Part shown: positions 1 to 8,140 of the stretch, in pieces
Layout of the letters: each line of letters starts with the position of its first letter
How positions within the stretch are numbered: position 1 is the first letter of the stretch
Origin: an uncultured Candidatus Saccharibacteria bacterium
GTDB taxonomy: Bacteria > Patescibacteriota > Minisyncoccia > Minisyncoccales > GWA2-38-27
Length of the DNA stretch: 64,000 bases
Reading direction: 5' to 3'
NCBI GenBank assembly: GCA_964609075.1
Contig: CAZSQP010000002.1
Span: 72,235 to 136,234, forward strand
Notes under the pieces: model-generated
Database searches by the model: none
Told to the model about the DNA's origin: nothing
What the model saw: the letters and a program-made list of their open reading frames with translations, nothing else
Program-made: the position numbers and the translations under genes

Positions 1-10
1 TTACGGATTC

Positions 11-2377
11 TTGCCTCAAAACTTAGCTTCTAGAACGTTAAGGATCTTATTGGGCTTTTCTCTAATTTCTCTTTCTTTATCTGTTTCAGTTTGGCTTAAA
101 GGAGCTTTCTTTGAAAAAGAACTTAAAAAGCCAAAAGTTGAAAAACCTCTTTCTGAAGTTGTTTTAGATCCTGACTCTTATAATTTGGCAGATTATTTAA
201 GTTTTGATTCAGCTAAAGCAGCAGACAAAGCTTTGAAGCTGTCTAAAGGGCCTGCTTGTTCCACCCATCTTTTGTATTTTCTCTTAAAAGACAATTCTGA
301 TCTTAAATTTATCTTTTTAAGAGCTTTGCTTGATTTTGAAGATTTCAAAAAAAGCTTAGAAGCAGAAATTAAAAAAATTGAACCTTCGGGTTTAAAAGAA
401 AGCTTCGACAAAACTATTTTAGAAGGGTTGAAAAAAGCTGTTGAAAAGAATCACTTCAGAATAGAAAAAGGAGATCTTCTTTCAGCTTTAGCTTCAACAG
501 ATAAGGTTTTTAAAAGAATCCTGCTTCAGTCAAATATTAAAAAGGAAGATATTGATAATCTAGTTTTATGGAAAGAGTCTTTTGAGGAAAAAGAGAGGTT
601 CTGGGATTATGACAATTTAATGAAAAGAGGGACTCTAGCTAGAGAATGGAGTGCAGGTTATACTGTCAATCTAGATAAGTTTTCCAGGGATCTTACAGAA
701 ATACTGAGAAAAGAAAAACTTGAGAAAACGGGACACAAAAAGGAAATTAAAACAGTAGAAAGAATTCTCTCTAGGAGAGAGATGAATAATGTTCTTTTGA
801 TAGGGGAGCCGGGCTCCGGAAGGAAAAGTATTGTTTACAGCTTGGCAGAAAAGAGTATTTTTGGAGATAGTCTTCCCGATGTATCTTTCAAAAGAGTAGT
901 TGAGCTTGATATGGCTTCTCTGACAGTCCGTATTGATGATCCAGAAGAGGTAGAGTCTGTTTTAGATAAGATATTTCAGGAAGCTGTTTCTGCTGGAAAT
1001 ATTATTTTAGTAATAGACGACTTTCACAATTATGTAGGCCAAAAGGTAAGGCCTGGAGTAGTTGATCTTTCGGGCATAATAGCTAAGTACCTTCATCTTC
1101 CTCAGTTTCAGATTATAGCTTTAACAGATTATCAAGGTCTTCATAGAAACATTGAGAAAAACAGCTCTATTTTATCTTTATTTGAAAAGGTGGAAGTTCC
1201 AGAGCTTTCTAAGGAGAAGACTCTTTTACTTTTAGAAAAGACAGCTCCTTTTTTAGAAAAGAAATATAACCTCTTTATCTCTTATCCTGCTATGAGAGAG
1301 GTTATATCTTTATCTGACAGGTATTTTACTTCTCCTTTTCCTGAAAAGGCTTTGGATCTTTTAGACGAGGTAGCTATCTTTGTAAACTCTAGAAAAGAAA
1401 AGGTGGTATTGCCTGAGCATGTGGCTAAAATTGTAACAGAGAAAACAGAGGTTCCTGTAGGAGAACTAAAAGCAGGAGAAAAAGAGACCCTTCTTGATTT
1501 AGAAGAGCTGATACATAGGAGAATTATAAATCAATCAGAAGCTGTAGAAGAAGTTTCCACTGCTTTAAGAAGAGCCAGGTCCGAGGTGACAGTGAGAGAA
1601 GGTCCCATGGGAGCTTTCCTTTTTATGGGTCCTACTGGAGTAGGGAAGACAGAGACGTCCAAAGCTTTAGCTGAAGTATATTTTGGTTCTGAAAAAAGAA
1701 TGATAAGACTAGACATGTCAGAATTTCAAAACACTGACGATATTCCTCGTTTAATAGGTTCTCCCTCTATAGAAGGACTTCTTACTACAGCTGTCAGAGA
1801 AGATCCTTTCTCTCTTGTTCTATTAGATGAGGTTGAAAAAGCCCATCCCAATATCTTAAATCTATTTTTACAGGTTTTAGATGAAGGTCATCTGACAGAC
1901 GGCTTGGGTAGAAAGGTTGATTTTAGAAGTACTATTATTATAGCTACTAGTAATGCGGGGTATAAGGTTATACTAAAAGCTATAAAAGAAAAATCAAAAT
2001 GGGAGACAGTAAAAAAGAAACTTTTGGATCATCTTTTTGAAAAGAATATTTTTAGGCCGGAATTTGTCAATCGTTTTGATGCAGTAGTAGTTTTTGGTCC
2101 CTTAAGTAAGCAGAACCTTTTAGATATATCAGAATTGATGCTTAGAAATTTAAAAGGTAATATGGAGGAGAAAGGTATTGATTTTGAGATAACAGAAACT
2201 CTAAAAGAGAAGATAGTTGATTTGGGATATGATCCTAAATTTGGAGCTAGGGAGATGAGAAGGGTTATTCAGAATAAAGTGGAAAATAGTTTAGCTTCAG
2301 CTCTTTTGTCTGGAGAATTAAAAAGAGGAGACAGGGTAAAGGTCAACCCTGCTAACTTCAAAATCATAATAAATTAA
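11..2377 (+). CDS. ClpC/ClpB-family AAA+ ATPase with two nucleotide-binding modules. The frame is open to the window edge, so the 5' end may be truncated.
   Basis: NBD2 is canonical (Walker A GPTGVGKTE, Walker B LVLLDEVEKAH, sensor GAREMRR). NBD1 aligns to Clp D1 (LIGEPGSGRKS, ILVIDDFHNYVG). There is no stop between nt 2 and 11, and the ORF-track start is TTG. Confidence 0.8.
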   Translation: MPQNLASRTLRILLGFSLISLSLSVSVWLKGAFFEKELKKPKVEKPLSEVVLDPDSYNLADYLSFDSAKAADKALKLSKGPACSTHLLYFLLKDNSDLKFIFLRALLDFEDFKKSLEAEIKKIEPSGLKESFDKTILEGLKKAVEKNHFRIEKGDLLSALASTDKVFKRILLQSNIKKEDIDNLVLWKESFEEKERFWDYDNLMKRGTLAREWSAGYTVNLDKFSRDLTEILRKEKLEKTGHKKEIKTVERILSRREMNNVLLIGEPGSGRKSIVYSLAEKSIFGDSLPDVSFKRVVELDMASLTVRIDDPEEVESVLDKIFQEAVSAGNIILVIDDFHNYVGQKVRPGVVDLSGIIAKYLHLPQFQIIALTDYQGLHRNIEKNSSILSLFEKVEVPELSKEKTLLLLEKTAPFLEKKYNLFISYPAMREVISLSDRYFTSPFPEKALDLLDEVAIFVNSRKEKVVLPEHVAKIVTEKTEVPVGELKAGEKETLLDLEELIHRRIINQSEAVEEVSTALRRARSEVTVREGPMGAFLFMGPTGVGKTETSKALAEVYFGSEKRMIRLDMSEFQNTDDIPRLIGSPSIEGLLTTAVREDPFSLVLLDEVEKAHPNILNLFLQVLDEGHLTDGLGRKVDFRSTIIIATSNAGYKVILKAIKEKSKWETVKKKLLDHLFEKNIFRPEFVNRFDAVVVFGPLSKQNLLDISELMLRNLKGNMEEKGIDFEITETLKEKIVDLGYDPKFGAREMRRVIQNKVENSLASALLSGELKRGDRVKVNPANFKIIIN

Positions 2378-2390
2378 AAAATTTAAACCT

Positions 2391-3371
2391 ATGAATAAAA
2401 TAGATTCTCAGTTTCCAAGATTTGGAAGTCCGGGATATCGTTTTCAAAAAGGGGCAGCTTTAGTGGCTGTTATTGTAGCTATAATCGTTCTTGCCGTTGT
2501 AGGGACTGGTGTTTCTTTAGCTACCAGAGTCTGGGATCCTTTGTGGAGTCCTTTCAGGCCAGAGCCAAAAGAAGTTGTTGATAAAACGATCTCTAAGATG
2601 GCAGAGCTTGATACCCTTGAAATGGATATTGAACTTTCTATAGAAAAAGGGGAAGAGAAAGTTCTTCTTGGGCTTGACGTTGCAGCTGACAACAAAGAGG
2701 AGAAATTTAAAGGCAGCTATAATTTTTCTGCAACCGGGAAGGAAGAGGCATCTGGAGATATTGAAACTTTAAGTATAGGGAAAGAACTCTACATTAAAAT
2801 GAACAGTATTAATCTTCCTGATTCTTTCCCATTAGGAGATATGAGTAGCTTTGAAGGAGAATGGATAAAATTTCCTTCTGCTGAAGAGGGCTCTTCTCAG
2901 TGGAGCGTTCAAGACAATATAGGAGATATTAAGGATATTTACTCCATTAGAAAAGAATTGAAGGATGAAAAGATAGATGGTTTTAATTCTTATCACTATA
3001 TTCTTGTTCTAGAAAAAGAAGGATTAAGAGATTTGATTAAAGACTCTATAAAAGAAGAAGGTTCTAATCCTTTAGTAGGATCAATGGAAGAGCAGATAGA
3101 CGAAACAGTAGAGGCATTAGGAAATTTAGAGATTGGTGTTTGGATAGACAAAAAGGAAAATCTTCTTAAAAAAATAGAGATAGAGGAAACTTTCACCTTA
3201 GAAGGAGAAGAAGCTGTTCTTAAAGTTGTTTCTCAATTTTCTCAATTTAATCAGCTTGTAACAGTAGAAGCTCCAGAAGAATCTGTTAATTTTGAAGAGG
3301 TTATATTTCAACTTCTTATGGGAGGAAATCTTATTCAGATGCCTTCCCAAAACGTTATTCCTAATTATTAA
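2391..3371 (+). CDS. hypothetical membrane-anchored protein
   Basis: 326-aa ORF with an N-terminal hydrophobic anchor (QKGAALVAVIVAIIVLAVVG) and an acidic, Lys-rich soluble part. It starts 14 nt after the clp stop and a terminator follows. I recognise no family. Confidence 0.6.
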   Translation: MNKIDSQFPRFGSPGYRFQKGAALVAVIVAIIVLAVVGTGVSLATRVWDPLWSPFRPEPKEVVDKTISKMAELDTLEMDIELSIEKGEEKVLLGLDVAADNKEEKFKGSYNFSATGKEEASGDIETLSIGKELYIKMNSINLPDSFPLGDMSSFEGEWIKFPSAEEGSSQWSVQDNIGDIKDIYSIRKELKDEKIDGFNSYHYILVLEKEGLRDLIKDSIKEEGSNPLVGSMEEQIDETVEALGNLEIGVWIDKKENLLKKIEIEETFTLEGEEAVLKVVSQFSQFNQLVTVEAPEESVNFEEVIFQLLMGGNLIQMPSQNVIPNY

Positions 3372-3388
3372 ATCTTAATAAATTAGGT

Positions 3389-3420
3389 AAAAGCAGCCCT
3401 TTTTAAAGGGCTGCTTTTAT
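3389..3420 (+). terminator. rho-independent terminator
   Basis: aaaagcagccct / agggctgctttt form a perfect 12-bp stem (3389-3400 with 3407-3418) followed by ttttat. Confidence 0.8.
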
Positions 3421-3437
3421 TTCCTCCTGTGAATTCA

Positions 3438-3545
3438 TTGTGGAAAAACTCCTTATTTAAGTTCATTTTGAGGGGTGGTTTAGATGGGTTGACGAGGTAT
3501 GCTAAAGTGGGGTATAAAGGAAATAGAGTGGTAGATTGTGGAAAA
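3438..3545 (+). promoter_or_regulatory. candidate MraZ operator boxes / dcw promoter region
   Basis: GTGG/TGGG motifs at 3440, 3475, 3485, 3507, 3528 and 3538. Spacings are about 10 or 21 nt (helical phasing), directly upstream of mraZ. Confidence 0.35.
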
Positions 3546-3580
3546 CTATGGGAAAACCGCTCAGATCAGTGGATAACTTT

Positions 3581-4012
3581 ATGATTATAGGAGAATACAA
3601 ACATACAATAGACACAAAAAAAAGGCTGGCTCTGCCTGCCAAGTTTAGAAAAGAATTAGGTAAGAGGGTAGTAATAACCAAGGGAGTTGATAAGTGTTTA
3701 GTTGTTTATCCAGAGAAAGAATGGAGAGTAATGTCAGACAAACTTAAGAACCTTCCTATAAGCAGGAAGGAGGCCAGAAACTTTGCCAGGATTATGCTAG
3801 CAGGGGCTGTCTCAGCTAACATAGATAGATTGGGTAGAGTACTGATACCAGATTATTTGAAAGAATATGCAGGATTAAAAAAGAATACTGTGATTTGTGG
3901 TCTTTCTAACAGGCTGGAGATTTGGGATGAAAACAAGTGGAGTAAGTTTAAAGATAAGGTTGAACCCAAGGTAGACGATATGGCGTCCAATTTGGAAGAA
4001 CTGGGAATATAG
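3581..4012 (+). CDS. mraZ: transcriptional regulator MraZ
   Basis: MIIGEYKHTIDTKKRLALPAKFR and a second half GRVLIPDYLKEY give the duplicated MraZ half-domains. It is the first gene of the mraZ-rsmH-ftsL-ftsI order. I prefer ATG 3581 to the ORF-track start 3536. Confidence 0.85.
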   Translation: MIIGEYKHTIDTKKRLALPAKFRKELGKRVVITKGVDKCLVVYPEKEWRVMSDKLKNLPISRKEARNFARIMLAGAVSANIDRLGRVLIPDYLKEYAGLKKNTVICGLSNRLEIWDENKWSKFKDKVEPKVDDMASNLEELGI

Positions 4013-4849
4013 ATGATCCATAAACCTGTTCTTAAAAAAGAAATACTGGAGTATCTGGAAGTAGAGAGTAATAAAAACTTTATTGACGCTACAGCAGGAG
4101 AAGGGGGTCATACCAAACTGATTCTTGATCACAACGGACCAGAGGGGAAAGTAATAGCTGTTGAGAGAGATCCAGTTTTATCCCAGAAATTAAAAGAGAG
4201 GAATCTAGATAGAGTTGTTGTAGTTAATAAGAGTTATTCTGATATTGAAGAGTTTGACAGAGTTGACGGAATACTTCTTGACCTCGGTCTTTCCAGCTGG
4301 CACCTTGAAGAATCTGGTAGGGGATTCTCTTTTCAAAAAGAAGAACCTCTGGATATGAGATTTAATCCAGAGAAGAATTCTTTGACAGCTTATGAGATAG
4401 TAAACAAGTGGCCAGAGAAAGAGATAGCTAGGATTTTAGAAGAATACGGAGAGGAAAGGTTTTCTAAAAGGATATCAAGAAGGATTGTTAAAGAAAGAGT
4501 TATTAAGACAACAAAAGAGCTAAGAGAAATAATTGAAAAAACTGTTCCTTCGAAAGGCAGGATTCATCCTGCTACCAGAACCTTTCAGGCATTAAGAATA
4601 GAAGTCAATAAAGAACTGAATCATTTAGAAAGAGCGCTTCCTCGTCTTTTTGAAATTTTATCTCCTAAAGGAAGATTAGTTATTATCTCCTTTCATTCTT
4701 TAGAAGATAGAATTGCAAAACAATTCTTAAAAAACCAAAAAGGTCTTAAAATAATTACAAAAAAACCCGTAAAGGCTAGTTTAGAAGAAATAAGAAATAA
4801 CCCCCGAGCAAGAAGCTGTAAGCTTCGAGCAGGAGAAAAAAATGATTAA
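4013..4849 (+). CDS. rsmH: 16S rRNA (cytosine1402-N4)-methyltransferase RsmH
   Basis: Motifs DATAGEGGHT, LLDLGLSSWHLE..GRGFSF and ISFHSLEDR. Position immediately after mraZ. Confidence 0.9.
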   Translation: MIHKPVLKKEILEYLEVESNKNFIDATAGEGGHTKLILDHNGPEGKVIAVERDPVLSQKLKERNLDRVVVVNKSYSDIEEFDRVDGILLDLGLSSWHLEESGRGFSFQKEEPLDMRFNPEKNSLTAYEIVNKWPEKEIARILEEYGEERFSKRISRRIVKERVIKTTKELREIIEKTVPSKGRIHPATRTFQALRIEVNKELNHLERALPRLFEILSPKGRLVIISFHSLEDRIAKQFLKNQKGLKIITKKPVKASLEEIRNNPRARSCKLRAGEKND

Positions 4850-5186
4850 ATCAATCGCTCTAAATCTACCTTTCGTTTCAAGGAAAAGCTCTTTTAGCTT
4901 TGGATCTGTCTTGAGAATTTCTCAGTTCTTAGTTTTGGTAATAGCTCTAGCTTTTTTCTTTCTATATGTTTTCCAGGTCAATTACTATATTGCAGAAAGA
5001 TATTCTCTTCGTAATTCCCAAAAAGAGCTTAACAGTTTAGCCTCAGAAAGCAAGTCTTTAGAAATTAATTCTTTGGAGGCTAATTCTTTGAATAAGGTAA
5101 CAACCTTTTTAGAGGGGTTGGATTTGGAAAGAGTCAATAAGACTCATTATATTAGAGTCTTAGATGCAAAAGTGGTAACAAAGTAG
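4842..5186 (+). CDS. ftsL: FtsL-like cell-division protein (single-pass membrane)
   Basis: 114 aa with one TM (FLVLVIALAFFFLYVF) and a short extracytoplasmic tail. It sits in the canonical slot between rsmH and ftsI and overlaps rsmH by 8 nt. The call rests on position and topology only. Confidence 0.5.
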   Translation: MIKSIALNLPFVSRKSSFSFGSVLRISQFLVLVIALAFFFLYVFQVNYYIAERYSLRNSQKELNSLASESKSLEINSLEANSLNKVTTFLEGLDLERVNKTHYIRVLDAKVVTK

Positions 5187-5192
5187 TTCTTA

Positions 5193-6845
5193 ATGAGAAA
5201 CTGGAGGATTAATATTGTACTATCTTTTATTGTCCTCTTGGGTCTTGGTTTGACAGGTCAGTTAATAAATCTTCAAATACTAAAACATGATCTTTATCAA
5301 GCTTTAGCCCAGGGTCAACATAAAATGTATAAGCCCGCCCAAGGAGAGAGAGGGCGGATTTTTTTTAACAATGGCGAAGCTTTAGCTATCAATGTTAAAG
5401 GAAATTATGTTTTTGTTTCTCCAGAAAAAATAGAAGATAAAGAAAAAACAGCTCAGGTTTTAGCCGATATTCTCAATAAAAAAAAGGAAGAAGTTATAGG
5501 ATTGATAGAACAGGGAGTTGTTTTTCAGGAGATAGAAAAAGATTTAACAGAGGAAGAAGAAAAAAAGATAAAAGAGAACAATTTAAAGGGTGTCTATTTA
5601 AACGAAACTCTTCTTAGAAAGTATCCTCAGGGGGAAACAGCTTCTCAGGTAGTAGGATTTTTAGGAGGCGATAAAATGGGCCAGTATGGATTGGAGGGTT
5701 TTTACAATAGTGTCTTAAAAGGGAAAGAGGTATTTCCAGAAGACGAAATATTGGTAGATGAAAGTATAAACGGATCAGATCTTTTATTAACCTTAGACTA
5801 TAATATTCAGTTTATGGCAGAAAAGCTTTTAAAGAGGGCAGAAGAAGATTTAAAAATAGAGGGGGGAGAAATAATAGTTATAGAACCTCAAACAGGAAAG
5901 ATTCTTGCTCTAGCAAACCATCCAGTTTTTAATCCAAATGAGTATTCTGAGGTTGAAGACTTTGATATCTTTCAAAACGGAGCTGTTCAGAAGATTTATG
6001 AACCGGGTTCTGTCTTTAAGCCGATTACTATGGCTTCAGCTATAAATGAAGAGGTTATTACTCCCAACACCACTTACATAGATCAGGGAGTTATTAAGAT
6101 AGGAGGGTATAAGATATATAATTACGGAGAAAGGGTTTGGGGTGAAAAGTCTATGACAGAAGTCTTAGAGAAGTCAATAAATACCGGAGCTGTATTTGCA
6201 GAAAGACAATTAGGTCATAATAAGTTTCTGGAGTATCTTGAGAAGTTTGGTTTTTTTGAACCTACTGGCATTGATCTTCAAGCAGAGATATTTTCTGAAA
6301 ATAAAGAGTTTAAGAAAGGGTACGAGATAAATTATGCCACAGCTTCTTTCGGACAAGGCATAGAAATCACTCCTATTCAGATGGCTAGAGCTTTTTGCGC
6401 TATAGCTAATGGGGGAAATCTTGTCAAACCCTTTATAGTGGAAGAAATATCAAAAAAAGGGAAAAAGACTAAGAAAGAACCTGAGATATTAAGAGAGAAT
6501 ATCATTTCCCAAGAAACCTCTTCTAAACTAACAGCTATGCTAATTTCTGTGACAGAAAACGGTTATGCCAAAGAAGCCAGGATACCGGGTTATTATGTTG
6601 CTGGAAAGACAGGAACTTCCCAGATTCCCTGGTCTTCGCTAGGAGTGAATAAAAAGGGTTATTCTGACAAGACTTGGCAGAGCTTTATAGGTTTTGCCCC
6701 AGCTTTTAATCCAAAATTCCTTGTCTTAATCAAGCTTAATAGTCCAGAAGCTAAAACAGCTGAATATTCTGCAGTTCCTATATTCGCAGAGCTTGGAAAA
6801 TATATTGTAGATTATCTTCAGATACCGCCTGACTATCAGGAGTAA
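5193..6845 (+). CDS. ftsI: class B penicillin-binding protein / peptidoglycan D,D-transpeptidase FtsI
   Basis: N-terminal TM, SxxK (GSVFKP), SxN (KSINTG) and KTG (GKTGTS) motifs, in dcw context. Confidence 0.9.
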   Translation: MRNWRINIVLSFIVLLGLGLTGQLINLQILKHDLYQALAQGQHKMYKPAQGERGRIFFNNGEALAINVKGNYVFVSPEKIEDKEKTAQVLADILNKKKEEVIGLIEQGVVFQEIEKDLTEEEEKKIKENNLKGVYLNETLLRKYPQGETASQVVGFLGGDKMGQYGLEGFYNSVLKGKEVFPEDEILVDESINGSDLLLTLDYNIQFMAEKLLKRAEEDLKIEGGEIIVIEPQTGKILALANHPVFNPNEYSEVEDFDIFQNGAVQKIYEPGSVFKPITMASAINEEVITPNTTYIDQGVIKIGGYKIYNYGERVWGEKSMTEVLEKSINTGAVFAERQLGHNKFLEYLEKFGFFEPTGIDLQAEIFSENKEFKKGYEINYATASFGQGIEITPIQMARAFCAIANGGNLVKPFIVEEISKKGKKTKKEPEILRENIISQETSSKLTAMLISVTENGYAKEARIPGYYVAGKTGTSQIPWSSLGVNKKGYSDKTWQSFIGFAPAFNPKFLVLIKLNSPEAKTAEYSAVPIFAELGKYIVDYLQIPPDYQE

Positions 6846-6846
6846 T

Positions 6847-7518
6847 ATGATAAACTTTTTTAAAAAACTACTTTTCTTTCTTCAGAGACCTTCTTTTGTT
6901 TTAATTACAGGCAAAGAAGCAGAAAAAACATCTAAAATTATTTCTGAAATCTTAAAGTCTTCGTTTAAGATTAAAGTAATGTCTAATGGAGATCTCCCTT
7001 GGGCCTTAGATAGAGAGGAAGTTATTGTTTTTAAGGCAGAAAAGATAAAGCCCAAACTCTTAAATGAACTTAAGTTTTTTCTCAGAAGATCCAGTAATCC
7101 TATTTTAATGGTTACTTATCTAGGAAAGGTTCCGAAGAGCAAGTACTTTTTTTCAGGAAGGAAGAAAGATTCTTTCTGCGCCAGGAAGATAGCAGAAATA
7201 ATGCCTACCAGGGGTTTTTGTATTTTAAATTTTGATGATAAGGCGGTAAAAGAAATTGAAAATGAAACAGTAGCTCAGGTTATAACATATGGTTTTCAGA
7301 AAAAGTCAGATATTCAAGCTACAGACCTCAAAGCGTCTAAAGGTTTAAATTTTAAGATAAATTATGAGGGGTATATTATTCCTTTCTGGCTTAAAAAGGT
7401 TTCAGGAAAATCTTATGTCTATAATGCTTTAGCTTCTGTGGGAGCAGCTTTGGCTTTTGATATTAATCTAGTAGAAGTTTCCCAAGCTTTAAAAGAGATT
7501 GACTTTATCGACAAATAG
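6847..7518 (+). CDS. truncated, P-loop-degenerate Mur-ligase-like protein (in the murE/murF slot)
   Basis: It aligns to the start of a Mur ligase central domain: VLITGKEAEKTS in place of GxTGTNGKT, then ILNFDD, ITYG, YNALASVGAALAFDI. It ends after 223 aa, before the C-terminal domain. Confidence 0.5.
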   Translation: MINFFKKLLFFLQRPSFVLITGKEAEKTSKIISEILKSSFKIKVMSNGDLPWALDREEVIVFKAEKIKPKLLNELKFFLRRSSNPILMVTYLGKVPKSKYFFSGRKKDSFCARKIAEIMPTRGFCILNFDDKAVKEIENETVAQVITYGFQKKSDIQATDLKASKGLNFKINYEGYIIPFWLKKVSGKSYVYNALASVGAALAFDINLVEVSQALKEIDFIDK

Positions 7519-7545
7519 CCTATTTTATGATAAATTATAGAATAC

Positions 7546-7618
7546 GGCCCCATCGTCTAGTGGCCTAGGACGCCTGCTTCTCAAGCAAGTAACAGGGGTT
7601 CGACTCCCCTTGGGGCCG
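7546..7618 (+). tRNA. tRNA-Glu (anticodon CTC)
   Basis: Hand-folded cloverleaf: acceptor GGCCCCA/TGGGGCC, D arm GTCT..GGAC, anticodon arm CCTGC-TTCTCAA-GCAAG (one C-A mismatch), T arm AGGGG-TTCGACT-CCCCT. CCA is not encoded. Confidence 0.85.
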
Positions 7619-7623
7619 CTATT

Positions 7624-8100
7624 ATGAAAAAAGCAATTACGAGAGGTTTAAGTTTTGGTCTTACTTCGGGTATTATTACTACTTTGGGTTTGATTGTTGG
7701 TTTAAATTCTGGAACTCACTCTGATAAAATTGTTATTAGTGGTATTCTTGTTATAGCTATAGCAGATTCTCTTTCTGATGCTCTAGGAATCCATATCTCA
7801 GAAGAATCTAACGACGATTCTTTAGATAAGCAAATTTGGGGTTCTACTATAGCTACTTTTTTGTCTAAACTTGTTTTTGCTTTGACTTTTATCATTCCTG
7901 TACTTCTTTTTCCTTTGTCTATTGCGATTCCTATAAGTATTGCTTGGGGACTTCTTTTAATAGCTTTGTTTAGTTTTTATATCGCTAAAAAAAGAGGGAC
8001 TAAACCTTACAAAGCAGTACTGGAGCATCTTTTTATTGCTATATTAGTAATAGCTGCTACTCAGTACATAGGAGACTCAGTCGGTAATTTGATGGGATAG
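7624..8100 (+). CDS. VIT1/CCC1-like small integral membrane protein (possible Fe/Mn transporter)
   Basis: 158 aa with about 5 TM segments. GLSFGLTSGIITTLGLIVG and IADSLSDALGIHISEES resemble VIT-family motifs as I recall them. Confidence 0.5.
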   Translation: MKKAITRGLSFGLTSGIITTLGLIVGLNSGTHSDKIVISGILVIAIADSLSDALGIHISEESNDDSLDKQIWGSTIATFLSKLVFALTFIIPVLLFPLSIAIPISIAWGLLLIALFSFYIAKKRGTKPYKAVLEHLFIAILVIAATQYIGDSVGNLMG

Positions 8101-8140
8101 TTTCTCTTTTAGTTTATTCTCTTTTTGCTACAATGGAGTA

